A stretch of 64,000 nt of DNA from positions 1 to 64,000 of the forward strand of contig CAWJKV010000009.1 in assembly GCA_963843555.1 (NCBI GenBank). Direction: 5' to 3'. The stretch's first letter is position 1; every line of letters starts with the position of its first letter. Of this stretch, positions 19,741 through 31,142 are shown piece by piece. The position numbers and the translations under genes were made by a program. The notes under the pieces were generated by a model that saw only the letters and a program-made list of their open reading frames with translations, did not search any database and was not told the DNA's origin. This DNA is from an uncultured Methanosarcinales archaeon. Lineage in GTDB: Archaea > Halobacteriota > Methanosarcinia > Methanotrichales > Methanotrichaceae.

Positions 19741-20589
19741 TTAATTGAACATCTCCAGCAGTCTTTCCACAATCCGGCCGAAGCTCTCTCCTGCCTGGGT
19801 TCTGCACCCCGCAAACGTCTGCCCGCTGTCGCCCAATGCGCAGACCTGCGGGTCGATGGGTATGGAGCCAAGAAATGGTACATCCACTTCCTCTGCCATT
19901 CTCTGGCCGCCACCGCTACTGAATATGTTGATGGTCTCCTGGCAGTGGGGACATTTAAGGCCGCTCATGTTCTCCACGATGCCAAGCACGGGCAGCTTCA
20001 TGGCTTTGACCATGTTCACCGCCTTGCGGCTGTCGAGGAGCGAAACCTCCTGGGGGGTGGTCACTATTATCGCGCCTGCCAAATCGGGTATGAGCTGCAG
20101 CACGCTGAGAGGCTCGTCGCTGGTGCCCGGCGGCAGGTCGATAATCAGAAAATCCAGGTCGCCCCAGTTGACATCCTGGATGAACTGCTTGATGGCGGCC
20201 ATCTTCATCGGCCCGCGCCAGACGACAGGCGTATCCCGGCTGGAGAGGATCAGAGCCATAGACGCCGCCTCGATTCCTCCGGCGTCAGCCGGCTCTATTC
20301 CCTCCGGCCCCTGCATCAGCTTCTGATCTTCGATTCCCAGGAGCTTGGGGATATCAGGGCCGGTGATATCGGCATCAAGAACGCCGACCCGAAAACCCTT
20401 CATCTGCAGAGCACGGGCCAGGTTGACCGAGACGGTGCTCTTGCCCACACCCCCTTTGCCGCTGGCGATGATGATCTTGTGCTTGATCCTGGCCATGCGG
20501 TCTACTATGCATGTGCCAACCTTCTCGGCGCCCTTATCTTTAGCAGGAGTCCTTTTGAGCGCAGGAAAATATTCGCATTTCTTATTCAT
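19741..20589 (-). CDS. Mrp/ApbC/NBP35 Fe-S cluster carrier ATPase
   Basis: SGKGGVGKST, DADITGP, VVWRGPMK, IDLPPGTSDE, VENMSGLKCPHC. Confidence 0.93.
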   Translation of the reverse strand: MNKKCEYFPALKRTPAKDKGAEKVGTCIVDRMARIKHKIIIASGKGGVGKSTVSVNLARALQMKGFRVGVLDADITGPDIPKLLGIEDQKLMQGPEGIEPADAGGIEAASMALILSSRDTPVVWRGPMKMAAIKQFIQDVNWGDLDFLIIDLPPGTSDEPLSVLQLIPDLAGAIIVTTPQEVSLLDSRKAVNMVKAMKLPVLGIVENMSGLKCPHCQETINIFSSGGGQRMAEEVDVPFLGSIPIDPQVCALGDSGQTFAGCRTQAGESFGRIVERLLEMFN

Positions 20590-20595
20590 CTTCTG

Positions 20596-21546
20596 TCATC
20601 GAAAATCATCCCGATCATAATGTGGTTTCGCGACAGCGGCCTGGAAGCATAGCTTGTCTCCACAGAGCCTCCTTGAGATCAGGCAATCGCGCTCCATGAT
20701 CTTACAGTACTTGATGGCGTCGCTGCTCGTCAAATCCAAAAGACGGCAGATCTCCTCCAGGGTGCAGGGTTGGGAGGAGAGCAGGTCCATTAATCGATCG
20801 CGAGTCCTGGGCGGAACACTCCAGTCCCAATCCGGAATCAGTTCGGCACCAGGAAAGATCTCCAGCATCTTCTTCATCTCCTCTTCGCTCAAAGGCTCGA
20901 CGGATTCCGCAGGGGTCCTGACCACTGTGTTGAGCTGGATTCTATCCGGCTTCGTCGAATCCGCGGCTCTGGCGATCAATTCCGCATCGCGATCATTGAT
21001 TCCCTTTACCAGCATCACCTCCAGCCAGATCTCGCCGGAAAATTCTTTACGAAAGTCCTTGAGCCCCTGAATTATCTTATCTATCCCGAGGCCCGGTGCA
21101 GGTCGATTAATGGCCTGGAAGGCATCATTGTCAGATGCGGCATCTAAAGACGGCAAGACCACATCCGCATTTGCCACCTCCCGTCGCACAACTGGGCTGG
21201 TAAGGAGGGTGCTGTTTGTGATCACAGCCACTGGAGCCTCAACTATCTCCTGGCCTCTGCCACTACCTCTCCCAGGTCCTGGCTCAGAGTCGGCTCGCCT
21301 GATCCGGCAAAGGTGAGATGATCGAAGGGCTCGTCCTTCCTGGCTCTGAATCTCTTGCAGGACCTTATGCGGCGGCACAAACCGATCCCGGCAGGCGGTG
21401 AGGCAGTCGGTTCTGCCCAGCTCGCAGTAGATGCAATCCAGGTTGCAGGTTTTGTATCTGAGCAGATCCACGCCCATGGAGAGGCCCAGGCGACGAGAGA
21501 GCACAGGTCCGAAGAGGTATCCCATTTTTCTGTCCCGATATTCCAA
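20596..21546 (-). CDS. Radical SAM Fe-S oxidoreductase; compensating frameshifts at ~21250-21345
   Basis: FGPVLSRRLGLSMGVD, CNLDCIYC; the alternate frame gives DHLTFAGSGEPTL; PSLDA. Confidence 0.82.
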   Translation of the reverse strand: MEYRDRKMGYLFGPVLSRRLGLSMGVDLLRYKTCNLDCIYCELGRTDCLTACRDRFVPPHKVLQEIQSQEGRALRSSHLCRIRRADSEPGPGRGSGRGQEIVEAPVAVITNSTLLTSPVVRREVANADVVLPSLDAASDNDAFQAINRPAPGLGIDKIIQGLKDFRKEFSGEIWLEVMLVKGINDRDAELIARAADSTKPDRIQLNTVVRTPAESVEPLSEEEMKKMLEIFPGAELIPDWDWSVPPRTRDRLMDLLSSQPCTLEEICRLLDLTSSDAIKYCKIMERDCLISRRLCGDKLCFQAAVAKPHYDRDDFR

Positions 21547-21694
21547 TTGCCCAGCGATCTATTGCTTGAACATTTACATGCCGTGCAGTTTCTCCAATAT
21601 AACCTTCTTCCCGACTGATCTTCCTTCCCGCCTTTTTCCAAATCTTTTATTTCGTTCAGCAAAGCTTAAAAGACGGCGGTGTCGATGAATCAGC

Positions 21695-22642
21695 ATGGAC
21701 AAGGCTCTTGAACTGGTCAGGACGCTCGGCCAGAGCGACGACTATTTTGAACGCCAGAAGGCGGCATGGGCCCTGGTGAATCTGGGTGAAGATGCCGTAG
21801 ACGACGTTGCCGACGCCCTGGAGAAGGGCGAGTTCTCTGACCTGCGGTACAAATCGGCCTGGATCCTGGGAAAGGGCGGGTCCTCCAAGGCCGTAGAGCC
21901 CCTCTGCCGGGCTATGCTCAACGATCCTGATCATGTGGTTCGCGAATGGTGCGCGGCCGCGCTGGAGGCGCTGGGAAACCGGGACGCCAGTGCAGCCGCT
22001 GGTCCTGGCCATGAAGCTGCGACAGCTCCAAGGATGTCCGTCTGCGGGCAGCGATGGCGCTGCGGAGCCTGAAGGCCGCAGAGGCGCTGCGTGAGCTCTT
22101 GAGCTATCGCCGATCCCGAGATCCGGGGTATGGCCGTGACGGGCCTGGCAAAGATTGGAGACCATGAATCGATGGCGGACGTCGCCAGGCTGCTGCAGGA
22201 TGAAGACCCGGAGGTTCGGCGCAGAGCCGCGGCCTACATGGCGGAGTTTAACTGCGATGAGGCTTTGGATAGCCTGTCTCTGGCGCTGCAGGACACGAGT
22301 CAAGTGTGAGATGCTGAGGCTCTGAAGTCCCTGGGAAGGATAAAAGGCGAGAGAGCCTGCGAACTGGCGCTTCCCGCGCTGAAGGATGAAGACTGGCAGG
22401 TTCGCTACACTGCCGTGACGACTCTGGGTGAGATCGGCCATAACAAAGCACTGGAGGCTCTGGTCGATGTCATGTTCGGCCAGGAGGACGAGGAGATCCG
22501 GGCCTGGGCAGCCTGGAGCCTGGGCGAGATTGGCGACGAGAGAGCAGTGGAGCCACTGCAGCGGGCATACAAGACCTGCCCCATGGAAGTGATGAAGAAG
22601 GCCAGGGATTCGCTGGTGGAGGTCTTCGGGCAGGAGTTGTAG
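21695..22642 (+). CDS. HEAT/PBS-lyase repeat protein; multiple frameshifts
   Basis: Repeats RQKAAWAL, RYKSAWILG, VREWCAAAL, VRYTAVTTLGEIG, IRAWAAWSLGEIG. Confidence 0.8.
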
Positions 22643-22678
22643 GGTCTAGTTTATAGTAAATATCATTAACATATTTTT

Positions 22679-23608
22679 TTACTTTATCGGCGCAGCCCGT
22701 TCAACGGATCTCTTCTCAATCACACCTGCCATCCAGGGACCGATAATTTCGTGCGCCTTCACCAGAATTGATAGATGTGTTGCACCTCGAATGCTCCTGG
22801 CCTCAGAATCGGCCCGAACGGACACAGCCAGGTCTTTAAAAGCCACCACTTTGTCCGGCAGGAACAGTTCGTCCTCTGCGCCGATCCATAAACCAAAGGG
22901 ACGGTCGAGGGCCGCAAACTGCTCGTGAGGCGCAGCTGGCATGAGCGCATTGGACATATTGACGGTGATAGCGGCCACCATTCCCGGATCGGATGCCAGC
23001 ATTTCCGCTGGATAGTTGAAGCTGACCGCATAATCATGGCCGTGCGTTGTACCACCGCTCGCAGCATTGGCGATGAAAGCGGACACATCGACCCTGGCAA
23101 AAGGAGAAATCAGTTCTGGTCGATCGATCTGAGCGCGGCTCCCTAGCTGCGGTGAGAGGAACACGTAACCACTGACTGGTTCATGCCCGGGCTGGCTGGC
23201 ATAGTTGAGCACAAGCGAGGCGCCGGAAGAGTGGCCTCCCAGGAACAGAGGAATATGAGGAAACTCAGCTCGAATATGATGGATGAATGTCGTGATATCG
23301 TCCCAGACCTGTTTCGGAGCCGGCGAGTCACCGCGCGGTCCGCCTGATGCGCCGTGTCCTCGGATGTCAGGAGTGCAGACTACTGTGTTGAACTGACTTT
23401 GCAGGCCATGTCCGAGATGTTGATAGCCTGCCCCGCTGTGTGCCCCACCGCCATGGTAGAAGAGAAGCACCATACGAGGTGCAACAGGGGTGTAGCACCG
23501 ATAGGCGAGCATAACACCGTCACTGGCTGTGAGGAATTCGAGAGCGGCCAGCTCGACCTTGCTTGCCTTGCGCAGTGCCTGGAATGAAAAAGGTGCATCG
23601 GACATCAT
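22679..23608 (-). CDS. Alpha/beta hydrolase (lysophospholipase-like)
   Basis: FYHGGG, DIRGHGASGG, GGHSSGA nucleophile elbow, GAEDE, ATHL. Confidence 0.85.
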   Translation of the reverse strand: MMSDAPFSFQALRKASKVELAALEFLTASDGVMLAYRCYTPVAPRMVLLFYHGGGAHSGAGYQHLGHGLQSQFNTVVCTPDIRGHGASGGPRGDSPAPKQVWDDITTFIHHIRAEFPHIPLFLGGHSSGASLVLNYASQPGHEPVSGYVFLSPQLGSRAQIDRPELISPFARVDVSAFIANAASGGTTHGHDYAVSFNYPAEMLASDPGMVAAITVNMSNALMPAAPHEQFAALDRPFGLWIGAEDELFLPDKVVAFKDLAVSVRADSEARSIRGATHLSILVKAHEIIGPWMAGVIEKRSVERAAPIK

Positions 23609-23845
23609 CGTCCTCTAAAAGTTCAATTGGCATTCAAGGATATGAACATTCGCCCCTGCTTTAGATGGAGTATCCTCAGCAATGTGCTGCAGCAATGAAG
23701 AAGCATACAGCATCGAGTGGCAATAGTATGAGGCGGCAGTCGGCTACGATGGCAGAACTCTCAATGGGTTCAAGCTCAAATCGAATCCAGCGCGCTCCGG
23801 AGCCGCTTTTTGGCCTCTCTTACCTCATCGGGATCGATGCAGAGT

Positions 23846-24370
23846 CTAGGCAGAGTCCAACTGACCTTTGCGAGCCTCTTCCACCGCCTCCGTCAGGATC
23901 TTCATCGTCTCCACCGATCCCGGACAGGACTCGTTCACCTTGACCTGATTCGGAGATCCGTAAATTCCCAGGAACGGAAAGATGCGACAGGACCAGGGAC
24001 GGATTTCATAAATTTTGCAGCCCTTCGCCCCCTGATTATAAAATTTGCAGGGCAGGATGTGCTTGAAGTCCAGGACGCCCGGCCTGTCAGGGTCAGGAAT
24101 GGTGTACTTCTTGAGTGCCTTGTCGAAGGGGATCTTGAGGTGCTTTGCCAGGAGGGCCGCATCCTCGGGCAGGAGCCTGATGGGGTCGCCGGTGGTGCAG
24201 CACGTCCCGCACCTCTGGCACTTGAACAGAATGTGGCAGGCCATGCGGACGTAATCGACGGAGGTGTACTTGGGCGCATCCAGCTCCCTGAATACCTGCT
24301 CGTCCGTCAGTGCTGTGGCCTTGAGGAGCAAAAGGGCAATTTCTTTGGGATCTTTTTCTGATTCCATCAT
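23846..24370 (-). CDS. YkgJ/UPF0153 CxxCxxCC cysteine-cluster protein
   Basis: FKCQRCGTCC, PCKF, CKIYEIRPWSCRIFPF. Confidence 0.85.
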   Translation of the reverse strand: MMESEKDPKEIALLLLKATALTDEQVFRELDAPKYTSVDYVRMACHILFKCQRCGTCCTTGDPIRLLPEDAALLAKHLKIPFDKALKKYTIPDPDRPGVLDFKHILPCKFYNQGAKGCKIYEIRPWSCRIFPFLGIYGSPNQVKVNESCPGSVETMKILTEAVEEARKGQLDSA

Positions 24371-24424
24371 TTATGACGCCTTTTAATAGACATCCTTTTC
24401 AAGCTTGCCCTTCCTCTTGGTACC

Positions 24425-25001
24425 ATGTCCAAGGAGATTGTCCTGATCGGCAGGTCCAATGTCGGCAAATCCACCCTCTTCTGGGAGCTTACCGGAACGA
24501 AAGTTCGTATCGGAAAGCGTCCCGGCATCACCCAGTACCCTTTCAAGACAAAGGTCGGAAACGTCTTCTATGTGGACATGCCCGGCTACGGATTCATGTT
24601 CAATACCACCAAGGCCGACCAGGAGAAGACCAAGGACCTGATTGTTCACTACTTTGAGAGCCATGCCGAGGATATTCTTATGGCGGTGCAGGTGATAGAC
24701 GCCGCCTCTTTCCTGGACATCGCCGACCGCTGGGAGGGCCGGGGCGAGGTTCCCTTTGAGATCGAGCTATGGGAGTTCCTGAATGACATGGGACTGGATG
24801 TGGTACTGGCTGCGAATAAGATGGACCGCATCGCCAAGAGTTGACCTGGACGGGGCTCTTGACCTGATCTGCGAGAGGCTCGGCATGCTGCCCCCCTGGA
24901 CCCAGTGGCAGGACAAGATCGCACCCATCAGCGCCAAGCGCGGCCAGGTAGAGCCGCTTCGAACCATCATCTCGAAAAGGGTGTCAATAAACCATCCCTG
25001 A
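24425..25001 (+). CDS. engB: GTP-binding protein EngB; frameshift near 24838
   Basis: GRSNVGKST, RPGIT, DMPGYGF, NKMD, PISAK. Confidence 0.88.
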
Positions 25002-25061
25002 CTAGAGAATCATCCAGACGAGGCCATACCGGCTTTGACATACCGGCTTTGACATATCGGT

Positions 25062-25987
25062 CTAGGGCATTGGAGCCGGTGGTATGCCCTGCACCTCGAA
25101 CTCTTTCTTTACCGCCTCACGTATCTCGCTGCCAATCACTTTGGCCACATTCCGCCCAGGGATGGTTACCTCCAGTCTGAGAGTCAGCTCCGAGTACCTG
25201 GAACTCATGAGCAGCACGCTTATGGGTCTGTCCTTGAGCACCAGGGGATGGCTGCGAGCCTTCTCGATGATTATCGCTCTGGCTCGATCAATGTCTCCGG
25301 CCTTCTCCAGATCGAAGTCCACCGTCCAGACAATCTCCGGCTCCCTGATGGACCAGTTGATGATGGGTTCCATGCTCATGATGTTGTTTGGCACAATGAT
25401 TCTGCTGTTGTCCGCTGTGCGAATTATGGTATGCCTCAGTGTCAGGTCCTCTACCTGTCCATAATCCGCTCTGAAATCCACAAAATCACCTACCCTGAAG
25501 GGCTGAAAGATGGCAATGAAGATGCCTGATGTGAAATTGGAGAGAGAGTCCTTGGAGGCATAGCCTATGGCCAGACCCGCGATGCCGGCACCTGCCAGCA
25601 TGGCCGTCGCCAGGCTATGCAGTTGCGGTACCTGAAGGATGACGAGCATCATGCCGATCAGATAGATGGTTGCAGAGACCAACCTCCTTATCATGAGCTG
25701 CATGGTCTCATCCATCTTCACTTCGACTTTGTGTACCACCTTGGGGATGTAATTCAAGAGTATGCGGTCCACAAAACGCACTGCAGATCGTGTGATTATT
25801 ATTATCAGAATAATTATTATCAAATTTACTATAATATAGATAGTATATTTATGTCATCGACAGTATTTGCCAGAACCTGAAGAGGGACCAGATCGATGTG
25901 CTTCCCTGCGATCAAATCGACTCGATTTTGAATCTGATCGGCCAGATATTGGGGATCAGCCAGACTCGTTGCCGCAGAGAGATCCAT
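25062..25987 (-). CDS. Small-conductance mechanosensitive channel (MscS family); frameshift near 25840
   Basis: AGAGIAGLAIGYASKDSLSNFTSG, PFRVGD, IIVPN; the N-terminus lies in an adjacent frame. Confidence 0.85.
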
Positions 25988-26042
25988 CAGTGAGAAGACA
26001 GAAAAAGGATACTTAAAAGTTTCTATAAAAAAGTAATACGGT

Positions 26043-26618
26043 TTAGTAGTTTTCGTTAAGAACCTCGAAATAAGCTCTCTCATGCTTGCATGCCGGACAT
26101 TCCTCTGGTGCCTCATTGCCCTCGTGAAGGTATCCACAGTTGCGGCATCTCCAGACCACCTTCTCGCTTTTCTTGAAGACGGTTCCTTCTTCCACATTCT
26201 TTAGGAGGGCACGATATCGGTCCTCATGACCCTTTTCAACAGTTGATATTTTATTGAACGTATTGGCAATATCAGCAAACCCTTCCGCCTCGGCAATGGC
26301 TGCAAAACCCGGGTACAACTTTGTGTTCTCGAACCTCTCACCGTCTGCCGCTGCTTTGAGGTTTGCCCTGGTATCTCCGATAACTCCCGCAGGGAAGGCG
26401 CCCGTGATCTCTGCTTCACCGCCCTCCAGGAGCTTAAAGAAAACCTTGGCATGCTCCTTTTCGTTGTCCGCTGTATCCAGGAATATTGCTGCTATCTGCT
26501 CGTACCCCTCTTTCTTGGCCTGGGAGGCAAAATAGGTGTATCTGTTCCTGGCCTGGGATTCTCCCGCGAAAGACAGCATTACGTTCTTCTCAGTTTTCGT
26601 TCCTTTTAGACTCTTCAA
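26043..26618 (-). CDS. rbr: Rubrerythrin
   Basis: FAGESQARNRY, NEKEHAK, EKGHE, WRCRNCGY, CPACKH. Confidence 0.95.
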   Translation of the reverse strand: MKSLKGTKTEKNVMLSFAGESQARNRYTYFASQAKKEGYEQIAAIFLDTADNEKEHAKVFFKLLEGGEAEITGAFPAGVIGDTRANLKAAADGERFENTKLYPGFAAIAEAEGFADIANTFNKISTVEKGHEDRYRALLKNVEEGTVFKKSEKVVWRCRNCGYLHEGNEAPEECPACKHERAYFEVLNENY

Positions 26619-26742
26619 TTTTCCATCTCCATTTCTTTATATTTTGAGGCCATTGCCCAAATTGAGCTACCAGATGCGAAACGCATTGATTTCAGCAAAT
26701 CTGTAATTGCAGAGCTGCAAACTTATAAAAACTAAAATTTGT

Positions 26743-26761
26743 AAAAGCGGCAAATCGCCGC
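26743..26761 (-). terminator. Short GC hairpin plus T4 directly after the pan stop codon
   Basis: gcggc-gattt-gccgc-tttt on the - strand. Confidence 0.4.
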
Positions 26762-27997
26762 TTAAGAGAACATGCGCAGAGCTTCTTCCGATCCTTCGAC
26801 CTCATCCCCGAGTACCTTTCGGATGGCTTTATCGAAGTCGTCTCTGGCGACGGAGGTCGCATTTCTTCGCAGAGCATTCATGCCCGCCTCCACCACGATG
26901 GCCTTGAGGTCGGCACCGCTCGCTTCATCGGTATTCTTCGCGATCTCGGCTAAATCAACGTCTTCATCCGTCCTCATCTTCCTGGAATGTATCTCCAGGA
27001 TCTTGAGCCGGCCCTCCATGGAAGGCATGGGGATCTCGATGATCCTGTCAAAGCGTCCCGGTCTCAGCAGAGCGGGGTCGAGGATATCGATCCTGTTCGT
27101 AGCTGCGATGATCTTAATGTCACCACGGGTTCTGAAGCCGTCCATCTCCGCCAGGAGCTGCATCATGGTCCGGTTTACCTCGGCGCTTCCAGTAGTGCCG
27201 TCATGCGTCCTGATGCTTCCCACGGCATCTATCTCATCGATAAATATGATGCTGGGGGCCTTCTCGCGGGCCATCTGGAAGATATCGCGAACGAGCTGCG
27301 CGCCTTCGCCGATAAACTTGTGTACCAGCTCTGAGCCGGACATGTGGATGAAGGTGGCCTTGGATTCGTGGGCTACGGCCTTGGCGAGCATGGTCTTGCC
27401 TGTTCCCGGCAGACCGTAGAGCAGGACACCTCTGGGCGGCTCAATGCCGATATCCTTGAAGATCTCGGGATTGGTCAGCGGCAGCTCCACAGTCTCCCTG
27501 ATCTCCTGGATCTGGGTTTCCAGACCTCCAACCTGTTCATAAGCTACATCCGGAAGCTCAACCAGCTCCATGACTTTAGCCCGGACATCCACGGAACGAT
27601 CCAGAATGCGAACTATTGTCAGCGAGTTGTTGATGGCCACGCGGGAGTTGGGCTGCAGCTTCTCCATCATCTCTGCCGCAACAGTGGTTATGAACTCCTG
27701 GTTGTTCCCGTGCTGCCTCAACAGGACATAGTCCGGTCCCATCTCCACAACCGTCGCCAGGAACAGCGGCATCCTCTTGAGGAGAATATTCTCTTTCTTA
27801 AGCCGCTCTACCTCACGCAGATATTTTTTATTGGCGATGAGGGACTCGAAGAGCTTTGCCCTTACCTCTTCCCTCTCAACCCTCGTGGTCTCCAGCTCTT
27901 CGGCGAGACTTTTGGTATCGGATTCGAGAGCGGCTATCCTCTTTAAGAATGACTCCTGGATCGTGTCTTGACCAGAAAAGGCCGTTGATTCACTCAT
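26762..27997 (-). CDS. pan: Proteasome-activating nucleotidase
   Basis: Coiled coil and OB region, GLPGTGKT, IFIDEID, LLRPGRFDR; C-terminus MFS. Confidence 0.93.
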   Translation of the reverse strand: MSESTAFSGQDTIQESFLKRIAALESDTKSLAEELETTRVEREEVRAKLFESLIANKKYLREVERLKKENILLKRMPLFLATVVEMGPDYVLLRQHGNNQEFITTVAAEMMEKLQPNSRVAINNSLTIVRILDRSVDVRAKVMELVELPDVAYEQVGGLETQIQEIRETVELPLTNPEIFKDIGIEPPRGVLLYGLPGTGKTMLAKAVAHESKATFIHMSGSELVHKFIGEGAQLVRDIFQMAREKAPSIIFIDEIDAVGSIRTHDGTTGSAEVNRTMMQLLAEMDGFRTRGDIKIIAATNRIDILDPALLRPGRFDRIIEIPMPSMEGRLKILEIHSRKMRTDEDVDLAEIAKNTDEASGADLKAIVVEAGMNALRRNATSVARDDFDKAIRKVLGDEVEGSEEALRMFS

Positions 27998-28097
27998 ATA
28001 AGTAGAACCTGCGTTTTTCAAGCTTATAAATTCATGCCCAAGGTAGTCCTAGAAAGATATTAATCTTGACTTGCCAAAATAATATCCCGTGGTTTAG

Positions 28098-29209
28098 ATG
28101 ATAACCCTGCAAAAATATGTTGTTCCTCCCTTCGAGGTTGTGGAAAGAAAGGGCCTCGGCCATCCGGACACCCTGGCGGACGGGATCTCTGAGGCTATCT
28201 CTCGCTCTCTATCCAGGTTTTATCTGGATGAATTCGGCCAGATATTGCATCACAATGTGGATAAGGTCCTGATAATAGCCGGCAAAAGCGCGCCTCACTT
28301 TGGAGGCGGCACAATTCTGAAGCCCCCCTCAGTGGTTGTGGGAGGAAGGGCAACCAGGCCCTCTGGAAAGCCGGTGAACGAGATCATAGAGGATTCCGTT
28401 TCCTCATTCCTCCAGAAGACCGTGAAAAATCTGAATGCAATTCCAGGTCGAACCCCGGGTAGGAGAAGGTGCCCCGGAGCTCAGAAGCCTCATCGGCAGG
28501 GGAGCCAATGATACCTCAATCGGTGTGGGCTATGCGCCTTTGAGCAAGACGGAGCAGCTTGTCCTGGATCTGGAAAAGGAGGTTGGTAACGTGAAAGGCG
28601 TGGGGGAAGATACCAAGCTCATGGCCGTGCGCATAGGAGATCGGCTCACGCTGATAGTCGCCGCAGCCATGGTCGACCGCTTCATCAGTTCGCAGAGAAG
28701 AGTACGAAGAGGCAAAGGCCCGCGTTTTGGAGGCAGTCATAAGAAAAGCCGAAGCCGAAACCGAAACAGAGGCGTGCGTGAATTGCGCAGATAATGGCGA
28801 GAATATCTATCTGACAGTCACAGGCACCTCCATAGAGATGGGCGATGACGGTGCCACGGGCCGGGGCAATCGCGGCAACGGGCTGATAACGCCCATGCGT
28901 CCCATGACCATGGAGGCCATAGCCGGAAAGAACCCGGTGAGCCACGTGGGCAAGATCTACAATGTTCTTGCCCAGCGGGCAGCAAGCGAAGTCGCAGAGC
29001 TTGACGGAGTGAATGAGGCCTATGTCACTCTGGTCAGCAAGATCGGCTCGCCCATCAGCCAGCCGCTGCTGCGTGGAGTGCAAATATCGGGCGATTTGCA
29101 GATGACTCCAAAAATGGAAGCGGAGGTGAACTCCATTATCGACTACTGGCTGGAGAGCTCGGACAGGATGGTGGAGGAGTTCGTCGAAGGGAAGCTGAGG
29201 CTATACTGA
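28098..29209 (+). CDS. mat: Archaeal S-adenosylmethionine synthetase; frameshifts near 28435 and 28695
   Basis: [59 protein letters not shown]. Confidence 0.92.
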
Positions 29210-29225
29210 TGTTTCAGTCCGCTCC

Positions 29226-29529
29226 CTATGTTGCCTCTTTTTTAGCCATCTGCAGCCTCTGTTTGGCGGTATAGCCCGTAGCCTTCTCCAGGAAATTTCG
29301 AAACCGCTTGTTGGTATCCAGGGCGACTTCGTCGCTTACGCCGAGTTCCGACTCCGTGGTCACATTGAGCTTCTTGCCGTTTAATCGATACATTGATGCT
29401 TTTCAGGGCTCCGAAACTGAGGAATAGCGAGCCCTTCTCTTGCTTTATGTCAACCGGAAATTCTTCTTCCAGTGCTTTTTGAATTCGTTCCATATCGGGC
29501 TTGAAGCCGCGCTTGAATGAGTAATCCAT
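29226..29529 (-). CDS. Conserved small archaeal protein (DUF5611-like); frameshift near 29380
   Basis: MDYSFKRGFKPD... continues in another frame as DTNKRFRNFLEKATGYTAKQR, ending at the TAG at 29226-29228. Confidence 0.65.
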
Positions 29530-29785
29530 GAAAGCCTTCAGGACGCTGATCGAGTATAGATGTTTCGAGCCAAAATCACCCCAACTGTGCTAATAATATG
29601 AAAACATATAGATTTCAATCCACTTCGAATCATTGATGCTTTTGAGTGTAAAAGCAAAGAAGCTACATAATGGTCAACGGGAGAATAACTCTGAAATTTG
29701 AGCATTAGGATTTGGTCTGCCCAAAAAAATTGGGCTTTTCCCTGACTTTGCAAGGGGAAAAGCTCTTGCGCATGAGGTATGCGAT

Positions 29786-31035
29786 CTAAATTACGGTATA
29801 GCTTGCTGCCTCGTCCAGTTCCTCCTGGATTCTCAGGAGCTGGTTGTACTTGGCTGTGCGCTCGGACCGGGCTGGCGCGCCGGTCTTGATCAGTTCGCAT
29901 CCCAGTGCCACCGCCACATCTGCCAGAGCCGAATCCTCTGTCTCTGCGGAGCGATGACTGGCCATGACCTTCCATCCTGCCCGGAAAGCCATCCTGGCAG
30001 CGTCAAAGGCCTCAGAGACTGAGCCTATCTGGTTGAGCTTGAGCAGCAGGGCGTTGCTGGCGCACATCTTGATGCCCTTCTCCAGGCGGTTTATGTTGGT
30101 GACGTACAGGTCGTCTCCTACTATTATGGTGCCCGGCAGCTTGGCTGTCAGCCTGGCAAAATCGTCGTAGGCCTCCTCCTCGAAGGGGTCCTCCAGCAAA
30201 ATAATGGGATAGGTATTCACCAGGTCTACATAATAATCGATGAGCTCTCCAGGAGACAACCGGTTTCCATCCACGAGTAGCCGCCTTCCATGTAGAAGCT
30301 GGAGGCTGCGGCATCAAGGCCGATCCGGATCTCTTCTCCGTAGCCGCTCACATCAAGAGCGCTCATGATGGCGTCCAGAGCATCGCGGGTCTTTATGAGC
30401 GGCGGGGCATAGCCGCCCTCATAGCCGACGTTGGTGGCGCCCACGCCGTACTTTCCCTGCAGGATCTTTCCCAGAGCATGATAGGTCTCTGCAGCCATGC
30501 GCAGGCCTTCGCTGAAGCTCTTGGCTCCAGTGGGCTGAATCATGAACTCCTGAATGGACAGCTCATTTCCGGCGTGCTGTCCACCATTGAGAACGTTGAA
30601 GGACGGAATGGGCAGGGTTGATGTATTCACTCCACCCAGGTACTTGTAGAGCGGCATCCCGGAAGATGAGGCAGCAGCTTTGGCCGTGGCCAGGGAGACG
30701 CCCAAGATCGCATTCGCGCCCAGGTTGCACTTGTTGGGAGTTCCATCCAGCTCGATCATGAACTCATCGATCTCCCTCTGGGCCGAGGCGTTCATGCCCA
30801 GCATCTCGGGCGCAATTATCTCATTCACATTCTTGACCGCCTTTAGAACGCCCTTGCCATCGTATCTATCGCCGCCGTCGCGTAGCTCCAGGGCCTCGTG
30901 CGTGCCCGTGGACGCGCCCGAGGGCACAGCCGCGCGTCCGAAGCCGCAGCATGTATAGACATCGACTTCGACGGTAGGGTTTCCTCGTGAATCAAGGATC
31001 TCACGAGCATGAATTCTTTCGATCTCGAATGACAT
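29786..31035 (-). CDS. eno: Enolase; frameshift near 30275
   Basis: [53 protein letters not shown]. Confidence 0.95.
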
Positions 31036-31142
31036 GGTATACCACGCCAGCCACTTTGCAGCCTTATTTATTAAAGTTTGGGCGAGCCCAGAAATAATCG
31101 TCAGTATTTTCTATCCTTGCAGCAAGCTCGCGAAATGGAGAT

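Noticed and set aside
19675..20652. 325-aa + strand ORF, and similar long antisense ORFs at 53207-54025 and 58284-59225
   Set aside because: They overlap well-supported genes on the opposite strand, as expected in GC-rich coding DNA.
17591..31035. Genuine pseudogenes or programmed frameshifts in hisA, mat, eno and engB
   Set aside because: Motifs are intact, there is no shared slippery signal, and several of the genes are essential; assembly error is more parsimonious.
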